From Octopus sinensis (taxonomy: Eukaryota): a stretch of DNA of 64,000 bases. Positions within the stretch are counted from its first letter, which is position 1, and each line of letters starts with the position of its first letter. The position numbers and the translations under genes were made by a program. Below, piece by piece: positions 1 through 11,730 of this stretch. The notes below the pieces were generated by a model. The model made no database searches, was not told where the DNA came from, and saw nothing but the letters and a program-made list of their open reading frames with translations. The stretch lies in assembly GCF_006345805.1 (NCBI RefSeq), contig NC_043019.1, positions 5,269,360-5,333,359 on the forward strand. The letters run 5' to 3'.

Positions 1-670
1 TGATCCAACAGACCTGAGATCAAAAGGATACCAATTATGATTTGGCATCCGTGCTAGTGGAGTGCTAAGAGTACCATCCGAGCGTGATCGTTGCCAGAGC
101 AGCTGACTGGCTTCCGTGCCGGTGGCACATAAAAGCACCGTTTGAGCGTGATTGTTACCAGCATCGCCTCACTGGCACTTGTGCCGGTGCCACTGGACTG
201 GCTCCTGTGCAGGTGGCACTTAAAAGCACCCACTACACTCTCGAAGTGGTTGGCGTTAGGAAGGGAATCCAGCTGTAGAAACTCTGCCAGATCAAGACTG
301 GAGCCTGGTGCAGCCATCTGGTTTACCAGTCTTCTGTCAAATTGTCCAACCCATGCCAGCATGGATCATCATTTAGTGTGTGCTTTCCTTGCTGGCATGG
401 GTAAGACAGTTTGACTGGAACTGATAAGCCAGAGAGCCTTAGCAGGCTCCAGTCCGCTTTGGCTTGGTTTCTACAGCTCGATGCCCTTCCTAATGCCAAC
501 CACTCCACAGAGTGTACTGGGTGTCTTTTAAGTGTCCCAGCACAAGTTCCTTTTATGTGACACCAGCACAGGTGCCTGGACTAAAAGGGACCCCTATTGG
601 TCATGAATGACCGTGGAATTGCACCTAGAAAGTTCCCCTTGGAGACACAAGTTCAGGCAAGGTTGTATTA

Positions 671-1081
671 TCTTTTACTCTTTTACTTGTTTCAGTCATT
701 TGACTGCGGCCATGCTGGAGCACCGCCTTTAGTCGAGCAAATCGACCCCAGGACTTATTCTTTGTAAGCCCAGTACTTATTCTATCGGTCTCTTTTGCTG
801 AACCGCTAAGTGATGGGGGCGTAAACACACCAGCATCGGTTGTCAAGCAATGCTAGGGGGACAAACACAGACACACAAACATATACATACACATACATAC
901 ATATATATACATATATACGACAGGCTTCTTTCAGTTTCCGTCTACCAAATCCACTCACAAGGCATTGGTTGGCCCGAGGCTATAGTAGAAGACACTTGCC
1001 CAAGATGCCACGCAGTGGGACTGAACCCAGAACCATATGGTTGGTAGGCAAGCTACTTACCACACAGCCACTCCTGCGCCT
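671..1081 (-). mobile_element. SINE family A (tRNA-like head, internal (TA)/(TG)n, tail GACTGAAACAAGTAAAAGAG)
   Basis: Full-length copy of the most abundant repeat in the window. Confidence 0.85.
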
Positions 1082-1460
1082 GATCTATGTTTATGGAAAG
1101 CCAGCAGTCGGCCATGCATACCAGCCTCCCTTCTCGCACCACCAATGTTATCCAAGAAAAAAGGCAAAGGCTGATGATGCTTGACACCAGTAATGTCACA
1201 AATCATTTCTACAGCTGAGTGAACAGGAGCAATGTGAAATAAAGTGTCTTGCCCAAGAACACAACACACAGCCCAGTCCAGGAATCGAACTCACTACCTC
1301 ATGTGAACCCGACACTCTAACCACTGAGCCATTGCACCTTCATGGGTGCCTGGACTACATTAACTAATATACCCATATATGTTTTGCCAGTGGGAACCAA
1401 ATGACCATGAAGGGTTTTGGTACATAATAAGTGTGTTTAAAACCCTACAAATAATGTTAA

Positions 1461-2351
1461 CCCTTTCGTTACTGTATTTATTTTGAGATGCTCTGTGTTT
1501 CTTTCAATTACTTTAAATATAACAAAGAATTTAGTAAAATAACTTAGTTATCATTAAGCTAGTGTTAGGAACATAAATTGTGACTAAGGTTTGGTGGAAG
1601 ATTTTAATTCAAAACTTATGGAAACAAGACATTTGTACTACAGAGCCAGAGCTGGTTTCAGCCGGCTTGGTATCAAAAGGGTTAAATATAACAAAGAATT
1701 TAGTAATATAACTTAGTAATATAACTTAAGCTAGTGTTAGGAACATAAATTGTAACTAAGGTTTGGTGGAAGATTTTAATTCAGAATATTTGAAAACAAG
1801 ACATTTGTACTACAGAGCCAGAGCTGGTTTCAACTGGGTTGGTATCAGAAGGGTTAAATATAACAAAGAATTTAGTAAAATAACTTAGTTATCATTCAGC
1901 TAGTTTTAGGAACATAAATGTGACTAAGGTTGGTGGAAGATTTTAATTCAAAACTTATGGAACAAGACATTTGTACTACAGAGCCAGAGCTGGTTTCAGC
2001 CGGCTTGGTATCAAAAGGGTTAAATATAACAAGAATTTAGTAATATAACTTAGTATATAACTTAAGCTAGTGTTAGGAACATAATTGTAACTAAGGTTTG
2101 GTGGAAGATTTTAATTCAGAATTTTTGAAAACAAGACATTTGTACTACAGAGCCAGAGCTGGTTTCAACTGGGTTGGTATCAGAAGGGTTAAATATAACA
2201 AAGAATTTAGTAAAATAACTTAGTTATCATTCAGCTAGTTTTAGGAACATAAATTGTGACTAAGGTTTGGTGGAAGATATTAATTCAAAACTTATGAAAA
2301 CAAGACATTTGTACTACAGAGCCGGTTTTGGCCGGGTTGGTAATGAAAGGG
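1461..2351. mobile_element. piggyBac-type MITE (TTAA|CCCTTT...AAAGGG|TTAA) with five tandem right portions of about 170 bp
   Basis: TTAA at 1457 and 2352; right terminus recurs at about 1681, 1853, 2019, 2188 and 2351; single-unit relative at about 29295-29485. Confidence 0.75.
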
Positions 2352-2435
2352 TTAAGAGAGGGTCACATGGGTTGACATGCTTTGTAACCATGAATTGTAT
2401 TCCTATGTTTCACCCTAGGTCCAACACTTTGGTTC

Positions 2436-2525
2436 TGTAGACCTGTAGATCAGGTGATACAACTTTGTAGACCTGTAGATCAGGTGATACAACTTTGTAG
2501 ACCTGTAGATCAGGTGATACAACTT
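2436..2525. repeat. 30-bp minisatellite x3 (TGTAGACCTGTAGATCAGGTGATACAACTT)
   Basis: Three exact copies. Confidence 0.95.
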
Positions 2526-3046
2526 TACAAACTTTGAACATACCATGCTACAATGGTAGGGTAGAATGTGGCATATTTTTTTTATTGTTTAATCAGGAGA
2601 GAAGGGCTTTGTGAGAAAGAGACCAGAAATCTGGCCTAAATGCTTGCAACAAAATGAATTCAGCTAAAGGTATCAAAGGCTGGCTAGAAGGGTATCAAGG
2701 ATGGGTGATGGGTAGACTTAATCCATCATTAAACTGGTCAATGGATTAAGACAAGGAAGCCAGGATTGGATTTCCAAGAGACAGACCCCATAAAATACAA
2801 GGTATACAGTCCAACAACGACCAGTGTTGCGGGTTAGCACTTTATCAACTCCCGAAGGACGAAAGGTAAAATTGACCCTTGGTCAGATTTTAACTCTAAA
2901 TGAAAGGATTTGGAATAAATACCACAAAGCCATTTTGTCCCATATTTAATGATTCTGCTAAAGTCACTGTCAAGTGATTTAGAGTTGGGGGTAAAGCAAC
3001 AAAAACAATAAAAAAGACTAAATGCAAACACAAAAAAAAAACTATA

Positions 3047-3529
3047 CAGTAACCCCTCATCATATCGCGGTTCACCTATCGCAGTTTATTTTTTAAGCTT
3101 ACGTCAAATTCGTCCGTGGTGTTGTTTTGCATTTGTGATCACCGTGATCGACCAGGCTATCAGATGTTGCTACACATCGCTGGTCACAATGCGCTTCGCA
3201 TTGTTTTAGCCTTCAAATAACACCACCCCGCTGGCTAAGCGAGCAGGCCAACAGAAGAAAGAGAGAGAGAAAGTTGTGGCGAAAGAGTACAGCAGGGATC
3301 GCTACCACCCCATGCCGGAGCCTCGAAACCGCGATCCTACGACTGCGAGTCCGATGCCCTAACCACTGGACCATTGCGCCTCCACTGCATTTATAATAAA
3401 ATAAGTATATACAAATTATAAAAATAATATAAAAAATATGCAGTATACAGTACTGTATCTGCTTTGCAGATTTTCACCTATCGCAGGGGGTTTCGGAATA
3501 TAACACCTGCGATAGTCAAGGGATTACTG
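3047..3529. mobile_element. Tigger/pogo-like MITE (CAGTAACCCCT...AGGGATTACTG) with a nested SINE fragment
   Basis: CAGT termini, left TA flank; tRNA-head SINE fragment on minus strand at about 3215-3385. Confidence 0.55.
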
Positions 3530-3557
3530 AATGTCAAAGAAACAAAAATGGTCTCAC

Positions 3558-3606
3558 CACTTCTGTGATGTCTCCAGTCTGGAATTTGCTCTGAAGATCT
3601 TTTACA
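3558..3606 (-). CDS. DNMT1: Probable DNMT1 coding exon 2 (IVKDLQSKFQTGDITEV), DMAP1-binding-domain-like
   Basis: Pyrimidine tract tttttctctag acceptor, GTG|GTGAGA donor; 49 nt restores frame; KDL...GDITE resembles LKDLERDSLTEK of DNMT1 and the GDIT motif of the DMAP1-binding domain. Confidence 0.6.
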
Positions 3607-3716
3607 CTAGAGAAAAACAAGAAACAAAAGTTGGTTAGTCCACATAATTCTGTAAGCATGGGGCAAGTTTCCCAGCTTCTCTGGTATATATATATATATA
3701 TACACACATATATACA

Positions 3717-3849
3717 CTTTATTTAAAGCAGCAGAAAATTCAACAAAACCTGTTACTCTGAGCTTCCCGTTGTAAAAACTGTCCTATGAATGGCAACGGG
3801 AAACTCAGAGTAACAGGTTTTGTTGAATTTTCTGCTGCTTTAAATAAAG
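3717..3849. repeat. Dispersed hairpin element (46-bp perfect arms, about 56 bp in total); second copy 48090-48236
   Basis: Inverted repeat read directly; both copies share a downstream tail ending ACTCCG(G)(TA)n. Confidence 0.9.
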
Positions 3850-3918
3850 CATATTACTCTACCACTGGTATTTGAGTACTCTTTTTTCCACCTGTTTCAC
3901 ATTTATGTGTTTACTCCG

Positions 3919-3949
<31 letters not shown>

Positions 3950-4064
3950 TATATATATAAAGTTAATCCAAACAAGAAAACACAGAAAAAAAGAGAAAAA
4001 AACAGCAACGCAGGACGTGGAACAATTAAAGTATTATTGACGCTCAGGAAAGAAGGGAAGGAGG

Positions 4065-4099
4065 GTTTAACGTTTCGAGCGGAGCTGTTCGTCGGAAAC
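4065..4099 (-). ncRNA. Degenerate minimal hammerhead ribozyme motif (Penelope-like)
   Basis: GTTT CCGACGA A CAGC TCC GCTC GAAA CGTT AAAC; core mutated relative to the 15538 copy. Confidence 0.45.
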
Positions 4100-4225
4100 A
4101 AGGAGAAGGAAAGATCCCAAGGAGGGAAGACAGAGGAGAAAATATTTGAGTTGGTGGTGCTTAAGAGATCACATGTTTATATATATATATATATATATAT
4201 CACATGTATATATATCACATGTTAT

Positions 4226-4325
4226 NNNNNNNNNNNNNNNNNNNNNNNNNNNNNNNNNNNNNNNNNNNNNNNNNNNNNNNNNNNNNNNNNNNNNNNNNNN
4301 NNNNNNNNNNNNNNNNNNNNNNNNN
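4226..4325. other. Assembly gap (100 N)
   Basis: Run of N. Confidence 1.
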
Positions 4326-4329
4326 AAAA

Positions 4330-4530
4330 AGAAGTAATTTCTACTCTTCTCCTCTGGAAGCCATCTACTCGTGATACCAGAGGGCGCACACTCTCCTACC
4401 CTGATGCAATCTCCAGGGATACAGGCATCCAGCAACAGGACCTCTGTAATGCTATGATGGACATTGAAGTCTGGCGTAGCATGGTAAATTCCATTGTCTC
4501 GACCACGGTCGAACAATGATGATGATGATG
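4330..4530 (+). mobile_element. RTE-clade LINE 3' end with (GAT)n tail
   Basis: LLWKP...RGR.LSYPD.I.RDTG...AM.D..VWR motif, then stop and ATG/GAT repeats. Confidence 0.7.
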
Positions 4531-5439
4531 AGTAACAGACAATAGAATATGATGGGGTATATGTCGCTGAATAAAGAATAAACACTTTTCATATGTAATT
4601 TGTCTCAACTGTTAATTAAAGTTTTAAATATGAAAAAAAAAAAACTTTTGTGTTTACTCTTACTCTTTACTCTTTTATTTGTTTCAGTCATTTGACTGCG
4701 GCCATGCTGGAGCACCGCCTTTAATCGAGCAACTTGACCCTGGGACTTATTCTTTCGGTCTCTTTTGCCGAACCGCTAAGTAACGGTTTATTTATTTATT
4801 GCTGAAGACAACCTGTCTGGCACAGTTGCACATGGTACCCCAAACTCTCTATAAAGTTGTTGGTGATGGGGAAGGGTACCCAGCCGTAGAATCTCAATAA
4901 GAAATGCTTTGAATTGTGAAGACCTGTCCAACCCACAGCAGCATGGAAAGTGGATATAAAAATGATGATTGCATTAGGAAGGGCATCCAGCTGTAGAAAC
5001 ACTGCCAGATCAGACTGGAGCCTGGTGCAGCCTCCTGGCTTCCCAGATCCCTGGTCGAACCGTCCAACCCATGCTAGCATGGAGGGCGGATGTTAAACGA
5101 TGATGATGATGATGATATATGGAAGGTTGTTATAGCTGTAGAATATGATGTGTCTGAAGGACAAGTTAGGGAACAGAACTGTCAAGTAACTCAAGAAAAA
5201 GGAGGAAGTGATGAAGTTTGATTTCAGAATGATGGACCTTCACAATGGGCATCTTGAAGAAGAGTAACAAGTGAGGAGACATTCAAATATTGGTTTCAAA
5301 TTTTGGCACAAGGCCAGCAATTTCAGTGAAGAGGATAAGATGACTAGATCGACCCTCAGTGCTCAACTGGTACTTATTTTATCAACCCCAAATGGATGAA
5401 AGCCAAAGTTGACCTCGGTGGAATTTGAACTCAGAACAT

Positions 5440-5670
5440 AAAGACAGACGAAATACCTATTTCTTTACTGCCCACACGGGGCTAAACACAGAGGACAAAC
5501 AAGGACAGACAGACAGATTAAGTCGATTATATCAACCCCAGTGCGTAACTGGTACTTAATTTATCGACCCCGAAAGGATGAAAGGCAAAATCGACCCCGG
5601 CGGAATTTGAACTCAGAACGTAACGGCAGACGAAATACCGCAAAGCATTTTGCCCGGTGTACTAACGTTT
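5440..5670 (-). mobile_element. SINE family B (GCCTTTCATCCTTTCGGGGTCGAT core, recalled as Meta/MESC-like)
   Basis: Other copies at about 6778-6930, 17895-18130, 20330-20550, 25557-25780, 45115-45295 and 60387-60620. Confidence 0.75.
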
Positions 5671-7434
5671 CTATCAGAACGGATCAACTAGGACATTCAA
5701 GAAATAATAGAAAACTGGATGTAATACTCAAGGCTAATCACCATCATCATCATCATTTAACGTCCGCCCTCCATGCTAGCCCGGGTTGGACGGTTCGACC
5801 GGGGCTTGGGAAGCCAGGAGGCTGCACCAGGCACCAGTCTGATCTGGCAGTGTTTCTACAGCTGGATGCCCTTCCTAATGCCAACCACTCCGTGAGTGTA
5901 GTGGGTGCTTTTTACGTGCCACCGACACGGACACCAGTCGAAGAGGCGCTGGCATCGGCCACGTTTGGCTGGTGTTTTTTACGTGCCACCGACACGGGTA
6001 TCACAACTACAATTTCCATTTGATTTTTATTTTGATGTACTTGACTCAAATACCATGTAGATATGGACACTAAATATATATGTTAAATTGAGATGCCAGT
6101 GTTATTTTCATTTTTGCGTAATTTAGACGACAGTTTATTCACCGCACTTTGTCTATATATATAGGTTCGTTTCCATCATTTGAGTTACCATTTCAGATAA
6201 TCTCCCTAAGATAAAACCCTATTTATAAAGATGTGGTGTTATGCAGAGCGAGAAAGACTAACAAGTGTTATGTGTTCTATACGGACGTTAATTAGTTGCT
6301 TTAGTCCATATAATGTTACAACTTTCGTACCATTTCCGCTTTTCTGAAAAAAGGAGCCTCTACAAGGTCGGTGAAACTGCTAGAAATAGCAACTCGATCC
6401 CTCTTAAATCACACCCTACTGTCTTAAAAGAGAAATATATATTATAATAGGGACCCAGACAAACCTGAAAAGAAATAAAATACTAGAAATGTTTTTAATC
6501 GTAGGTCAGATTAAGCAGGGCTGCCTTCGGAGTTAAAGAGATTAAGCAGAAAGCTGGATCATTTAAAGCTAGATTCGGTTTCGATTCTCATTTTAAATAG
6601 TTTAATTTATTAATATTATTATTATTAATGCCATTGAGAAAGGAATTGCGCCATGGTTTCCCACTTTTTTCTTCTGTTTCCTAGAAATCTCAAGTTTAGT
6701 GATTCTAAGCACCGTTGTTGTTTACTTTTTCCCGCGTTATTCTTACGAATGTTGGTAGCGTGCATATATAGATATATATGTTTCTTTATTGCCCACAAGG
6801 GGCTAAACACAGAGGGGACAAACAAGGACAGACAAAGGGATTAAGTCGATTACATCGACCCCAGTGCGTAACTGGTACTTAATTTATCGACCCCGAAAGG
6901 ATGAAAGGCTAAGTCGACCTCGGCGGAATATATATAGATATATAAACGTGTGGGTTAGATACTATTGACTCCGAATACAGTCCATTTCCATGCACACAAA
7001 TATTCTTTGTAAATTGAGCTTAAAAGTTTTGGCGATCTTTCGCCAATTATCATTCGGTAATTATAAGAGAGCAAAGCAGGACTAGAATTCCGTGAATTAA
7101 GTTTTAACGTGTGTATACAGATAAATATATACATCCGTTAGATGCATATACGTATATTTATAAAATATATACACGATATAAAATAAAAGGCAACAGACAT
7201 ATGTGACTGTATCAAAGAATTATATATGGGTACTTGTATCAAGTACCTTATATATGTATAAAATCAGTATATGTGTATGTATGGAATTATATCCATGTGC
7301 ATTTTAGTCTTTCTGTGAGGTTTTAAGCGCTAGAATTTGGGTTTTTTGTTCGGCAATTTTGAATGAAGATCGCACCGAACTTTTAATATTCAATACATAT
7401 GATTTTTATTAAATAAATCAAAAATCGGACTTAC

Positions 7435-7505
7435 ATTTTATTGGATTCCCTAAGTTTTGGCGAAGATATTGTAGTCTTTGAGATTGACGAAGTCCTAGAA
7501 GGCAT
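7435..7505 (-). CDS. DNMT1: Probable DNA (cytosine-5)-methyltransferase 1, coding exon 1 (MPSRTSSISKTTISSPKLRESNK, phase 2)
   Basis: ATG at 7505, strong donor AT|GTAAGT at 7434; N-terminus resembles vertebrate DNMT1 MPART...; splices in frame to 3606. Confidence 0.6.
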
Positions 7506-7799
7506 TCTGGTGTTTTGTTTTAGATCGTGGAAGGTGGTGGTGGTTTTTAAAGAAACAGCTCGGTGCCCCCCACAGAAGAAAGCTGACTGTTTAAGAGGGA
7601 GACGTCGGAGGCAAGGATCAGTGGTCGATGAAGGAGAAAAGAAAAAAAGTTTCCAGAAACACACCACCAAGAATAAAAAGACTCGCACACATACGATATA
7701 TATATATACACAATCAAATAATAACAATAACAAAAACGAGAAGTTTTCTTCAACTTCTGAAATTAATCAGAAGAAAATAAATAACATTGTCCTCAAAGC

Positions 7800-7807
7800 T
7801 TCCCGCC
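7800..7807. promoter_or_regulatory. E2F-type motif TTCCCGCC upstream of the putative DNMT1
   Basis: Motif about 295 bp upstream of the ATG; a second, TTTTCCCGCG, at 6727-6736. Confidence 0.4.
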
Positions 7808-8205
7808 TTATTTCTGGATTAGTCCATTATCAGTTGTCAGAGAGGGGTGTACAGCGTGTTAACCAGCAGCAAAATTATGAAAGACAACAGTTGTGAGGGC
7901 GAACATTTTTTTTTAAATTCTAGTCCGAATATTTCACTGAAATATTAAATCGACCTTAGTTCTTGACCGGTTTATATTTTATCGATTTCCCCTCGGGGAG
8001 GATAAAGGCAAACTTGACCTCCACAGGATTTGAACTCAGCCCGTAAAGGACAGTAACGTCATACAACAGCAAGGTATTTGACCTGACGTTTTTGTGGACC
8101 TTTCGACATTTTTGACCCTCATTCTCAGGGTGTTGTAAAGAAAACCCTTTTGTTCAACAAAAGACACTTAATTTCACTGCCACCTTAGATATATATATAT
8201 ATATA

Positions 8206-8555
8206 CTCTTTACTCTTTTACTTGTTTCAGTCGTTTGACTGTGGCCATGCTGGAGCACCACCTTTAATCAAGCAACTCGACCCCGGGACTTATTGTTTTG
8301 TAAGCCCAGTACTTATTCTATCGGTCTCTTATGCCGAACCGCTAAGTGACGGGGACGTAAACACACCAGCATTGGGGGGGGTAGGCACATATACATATAT
8401 ATGCTGGGTTTCTTTCAGTTTTCGTCTGCCAAATCCACTCACAAGGCATTGGTCGGCCCGAGGCTATAGTAGAAGACACTTCGCCCAAGGTGCCACGTAG
8501 TGGGACTGAACCCGGAACCATGCGGTCGGTAAGCAAGCTACTTACCACACAGCCA
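8206..8555 (-). mobile_element. SINE family A
   Basis: Same structure. Confidence 0.85.
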
Positions 8556-8826
8556 CAGAGAGAGGGAGAGATAAGGTTTCATGATGCAAACACAAAAGTC
8601 AAACCTAAACTATTTATTTATCGAAAATTTAGATAATTTAATAATTACTTCTATAACACATAGGGATGTGATACATATATGATATAATATACAGAACCTA
8701 AATCACTAATATATATTAAAAATCAGCAGTAGAGTGGCTCTAAGACGGAGAGTTTCGTGATAAGCGCCAACGCACGAAACTCTCGACCTTTGAGTCACTC
8801 TGTAACTTCTGCGGATTAAATATATA

Positions 8827-9195
8827 GGATCTTTTCGGTTTGAACGGCAGTTTTTTAAAATAATTTCCACGTAACTAAACACTTTTAAACTTCGTATACT
8901 GGTTGAATGTGTTTATATAACATCTTTTTCTCTTGGCTTTATTGAGAAAATTCTATGGTTTGTAAAATATTTGTTGTTGTTTTTTTCTGCAATTTCAACC
9001 AATCACTGACGTCCATTGAGGTAAAAAAACATTCTGGGCCGTATGAATGTGTCCCTCGTTTAAGAAACAGATTGGGTTTATTTACATAGCCCTAAAACAG
9101 ATTGAAATGCAATAGATCGATACTAGGGTCATAATTATGGGTGACAATTTCATATGATACCACTAGAAAAACTGCCGTTCAAACCGAAAAGATCC
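8827..9195. mobile_element. MITE family GGATC (TIR GGATCTTTTCGGTTTGAACGGCAGTTTTT), 8-bp TSD AATATATA
   Basis: TIRs and TSD read directly. Confidence 0.9.
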
Positions 9196-9208
9196 AATAT
9201 ATATATAT

Positions 9209-9374
9209 ATCAAAATTGGGGAAGGCTGGTTTATGGGATTAACTTAGGTTTCCCACCCACAAAGGTTTTAGCTATGGCGTATCGTCAGATCCCAAAAACC
9301 TGTTGGTCCATCACCTCTTAAAAATGGACAGGAAACCTAAGGTAATCCCGTACCGGCCTTCCCCAATTTTACTA
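9209..9374. mobile_element. Short TA-flanked MITE (AAAATTGGGGAAGGC...GCCTTCCCCAATTTT)
   Basis: 15-bp terminal inverted repeat. Confidence 0.6.
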
Positions 9375-9940
9375 TAAAGGGGAAACCGGGGCAAGATGGT
9401 CCACTGGGGGTAAAATGGACCAGCCCCATTTTAGACATCTACACGGGACTTAACCGTCGTGACGCTTTCCAATTCATAGTTACTTCCCTTCGATTTCACA
9501 TCCCCAAAAGTTTCATTTTGGCGGCAGTTTTCATGACACAGGAAGGAAAATACTGAAATTCAAGTCTTCAATGTAAGTATTGCTTTCAAATATATCATGC
9601 TAATGAAATAAATAGTAACACCTTAGGTAAGTATGGCCTATCATGTTTTGAAACATTTCAAATGTCAATGTTTAAGCAGCAACAGCCTTGAATTTTCTTT
9701 AGGTTTGAATGCAGAGCAGGTATTTTCTTTTTTGTTGTTGTAACCTGAATGGGGTAAAACGGTCCACTGTCCCGTTTTACCCCATATGTGCGTGCTGTGC
9801 ATAGTATGTTTGTATGCAAATGCAAGTATGTATGTGTGCAGGGATATGAGCGCCGGTGTCTGTGTGGGTGTGAGTGCGCATGAGTTTTATCTCACTTTCT
9901 GCATCCCATTTTCTTTATTATTTTCAGATGGTGAGAAATT

Positions 9941-10630
9941 GTCAAGAAGGCTGAGGGTGTCTTGGTATCACTCACCAAATCCTTTGTGAGCCGCTCTCCG
10001 GCTATCTATCTGCGGCTTTATATAGCTATGGTAAGACCTCACCTGGAATTTGCATCACCGGTCTGGAACCCCTATCTTGCCCAGGATATCAATCGTCTGG
10101 AAGCTGTTCAGCGACGTGCAACCAAAAGAATACCCTCCATCGGGCATTTGCCATATTCTGAACGCCTTACTTCCCTAGGCATGGACACATTGAAACTCCA
10201 ACGTCTGGCAGCTGACTTGGCAGACACCCATAAAATTATCAACCATCTTACAAACAATAACTCTGAGCACCTTTTCAAACTCCACCTGTCTAACACCCGT
10301 GGACATATTTACAAAGTCAGAAAACAGCACAGCTCCCATGACTTTCAGAAACATTTTTTCACGCTAAGAGTTGCTGAAGCATGGAACAGACTGCCGGCAT
10401 CAGTTGTTAGTTGTCGGAGCACTGCATCCTTCAAAACTTCCATGCTTCCTGAGATTCGCCAACACTACACCTGATTTTCTTCCTTCCATACACACGCAAG
10501 CATGTATCTGACTCATACACTGTTCGCTTTCCAGACATTTGTACATTACTGCATATACTTTATACGCACTTTCTGACAAGCTGTGGTGCACCTGAACACT
10601 GTATACAATAATTTCGTTATTATTTTATTT
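9941..10630 (+). mobile_element. CR1-clade LINE 3' fragment (RT C-terminus), TSD AAATT
   Basis: VRPHLEFASPVWNPY...LEAVQRRATK...RVAEAWN.LP; (ATT)-type tail. Confidence 0.9.
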
Positions 10631-11368
10631 AAATTACATTTGTAAAACTGGAAGAGGCTCTTGGACTCCAGATAACCTACAGGAACCCATGCAATCTTTC
10701 CTACAAGGAAGTTCTCTTCACCTGGCAGCAAAGCAGTATGACAAGGAGTTCCAATGCATTCTCTGTGATAAACACTATCAAGAACCCCCCGACAGAAAAT
10801 TGGGTTGAATGCCAGTTGTGCAGGGAATGGGTACATGAAAAATGTGCTGGGGTTGACGTTACATTCATTTATGAACTTTCTGTGCCAGTGGCATGTAAAA
10901 AGCACCATCCGTTCGTGGCCGTTGCCAGCCTCGCCTGGCCCCCGCGCCGGTGGCACATAAAAAGCACCATCCAATCGTGGCCATTTGCCAGCCCCATCTG
11001 GCACGTAAAAAGCACCCACTACACTCATGGAGTGGTTGGCGTTAGGAATGGCATCCAGCCATAGAAACATTGCCAGATCAAACTGGGCCTGGTGCAGCCT
11101 TCTGGCTTCCCAGACCCCAGTTGAACCGTCCAACCCATGCTAGCATGGAAAGCGGACGCTAAACGATGATGATGATGATGTATCCCCTAATCAGCTACCT
11201 TACTGACCAGTCACATTGAGCACTACTTCTGTGTCTTTAGAAAAAAAAACCCAAAAACCATGAACCTTCAGGGGTTGGATGTGTTTGCAAACTGAGATCA
11301 GGAAACAGCATTATTTCTCATCATCCTAGTTTACTCTCATTTATCTCATTTTCAGTTGTTTTATAAAT

Positions 11369-11469
11369 AGGCATCTTGGGCAAGTGTCTTCTGCTATAGC
11401 CCTGGGCCGACCAATGCCTTGTGAGTGGATTTGGTAGACGGAAACTGAAAGAAGCCTGTCGTATATATG

Positions 11470-11528
<59 letters not shown>

Positions 11529-11730
11529 CTGTGTTTGTCCCCCTAGCATTGCTTGACAACCGATGCTGGTGTGTTTACGTCCCCGTCACTTAGCAGTTTG
11601 GCAAAAGAGACCGATAGAATAAGTACTGGGCTTACAAAGAATAAGTCCTGGGGTCGGTTTGCTCAACTAAAGGCGGTGCTCTAGCATGGCCGCAATCAAA
11701 TAACTCAAACAAGTAAAAGAGTAAAAAGAG
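11369..11730 (+). mobile_element. SINE family A, 5'-truncated
   Basis: Same structure; nested in the pogo-like element. Confidence 0.85.

Noticed and set aside
1364-1444. Candidate DNMT1 exon 3 (tttgtag|GFKHTYYVPKPF...)
   Set aside because: The initial GF fits GDITxxGY, but the rest is unlike a DMAP1-binding helix and there is no strong donor; unsupported without RNA data.
6625-6700. Minus-strand ccATGGCG start in DNMT1 intron 1
   Set aside because: The ORF is only 9 codons with no donor; at most a YY1-like motif.
7441-7896. 151-aa plus-strand ORF overlapping DNMT1 exon 1
   Set aside because: Low-complexity antisense frame with no ATG start and no recognisable motif.
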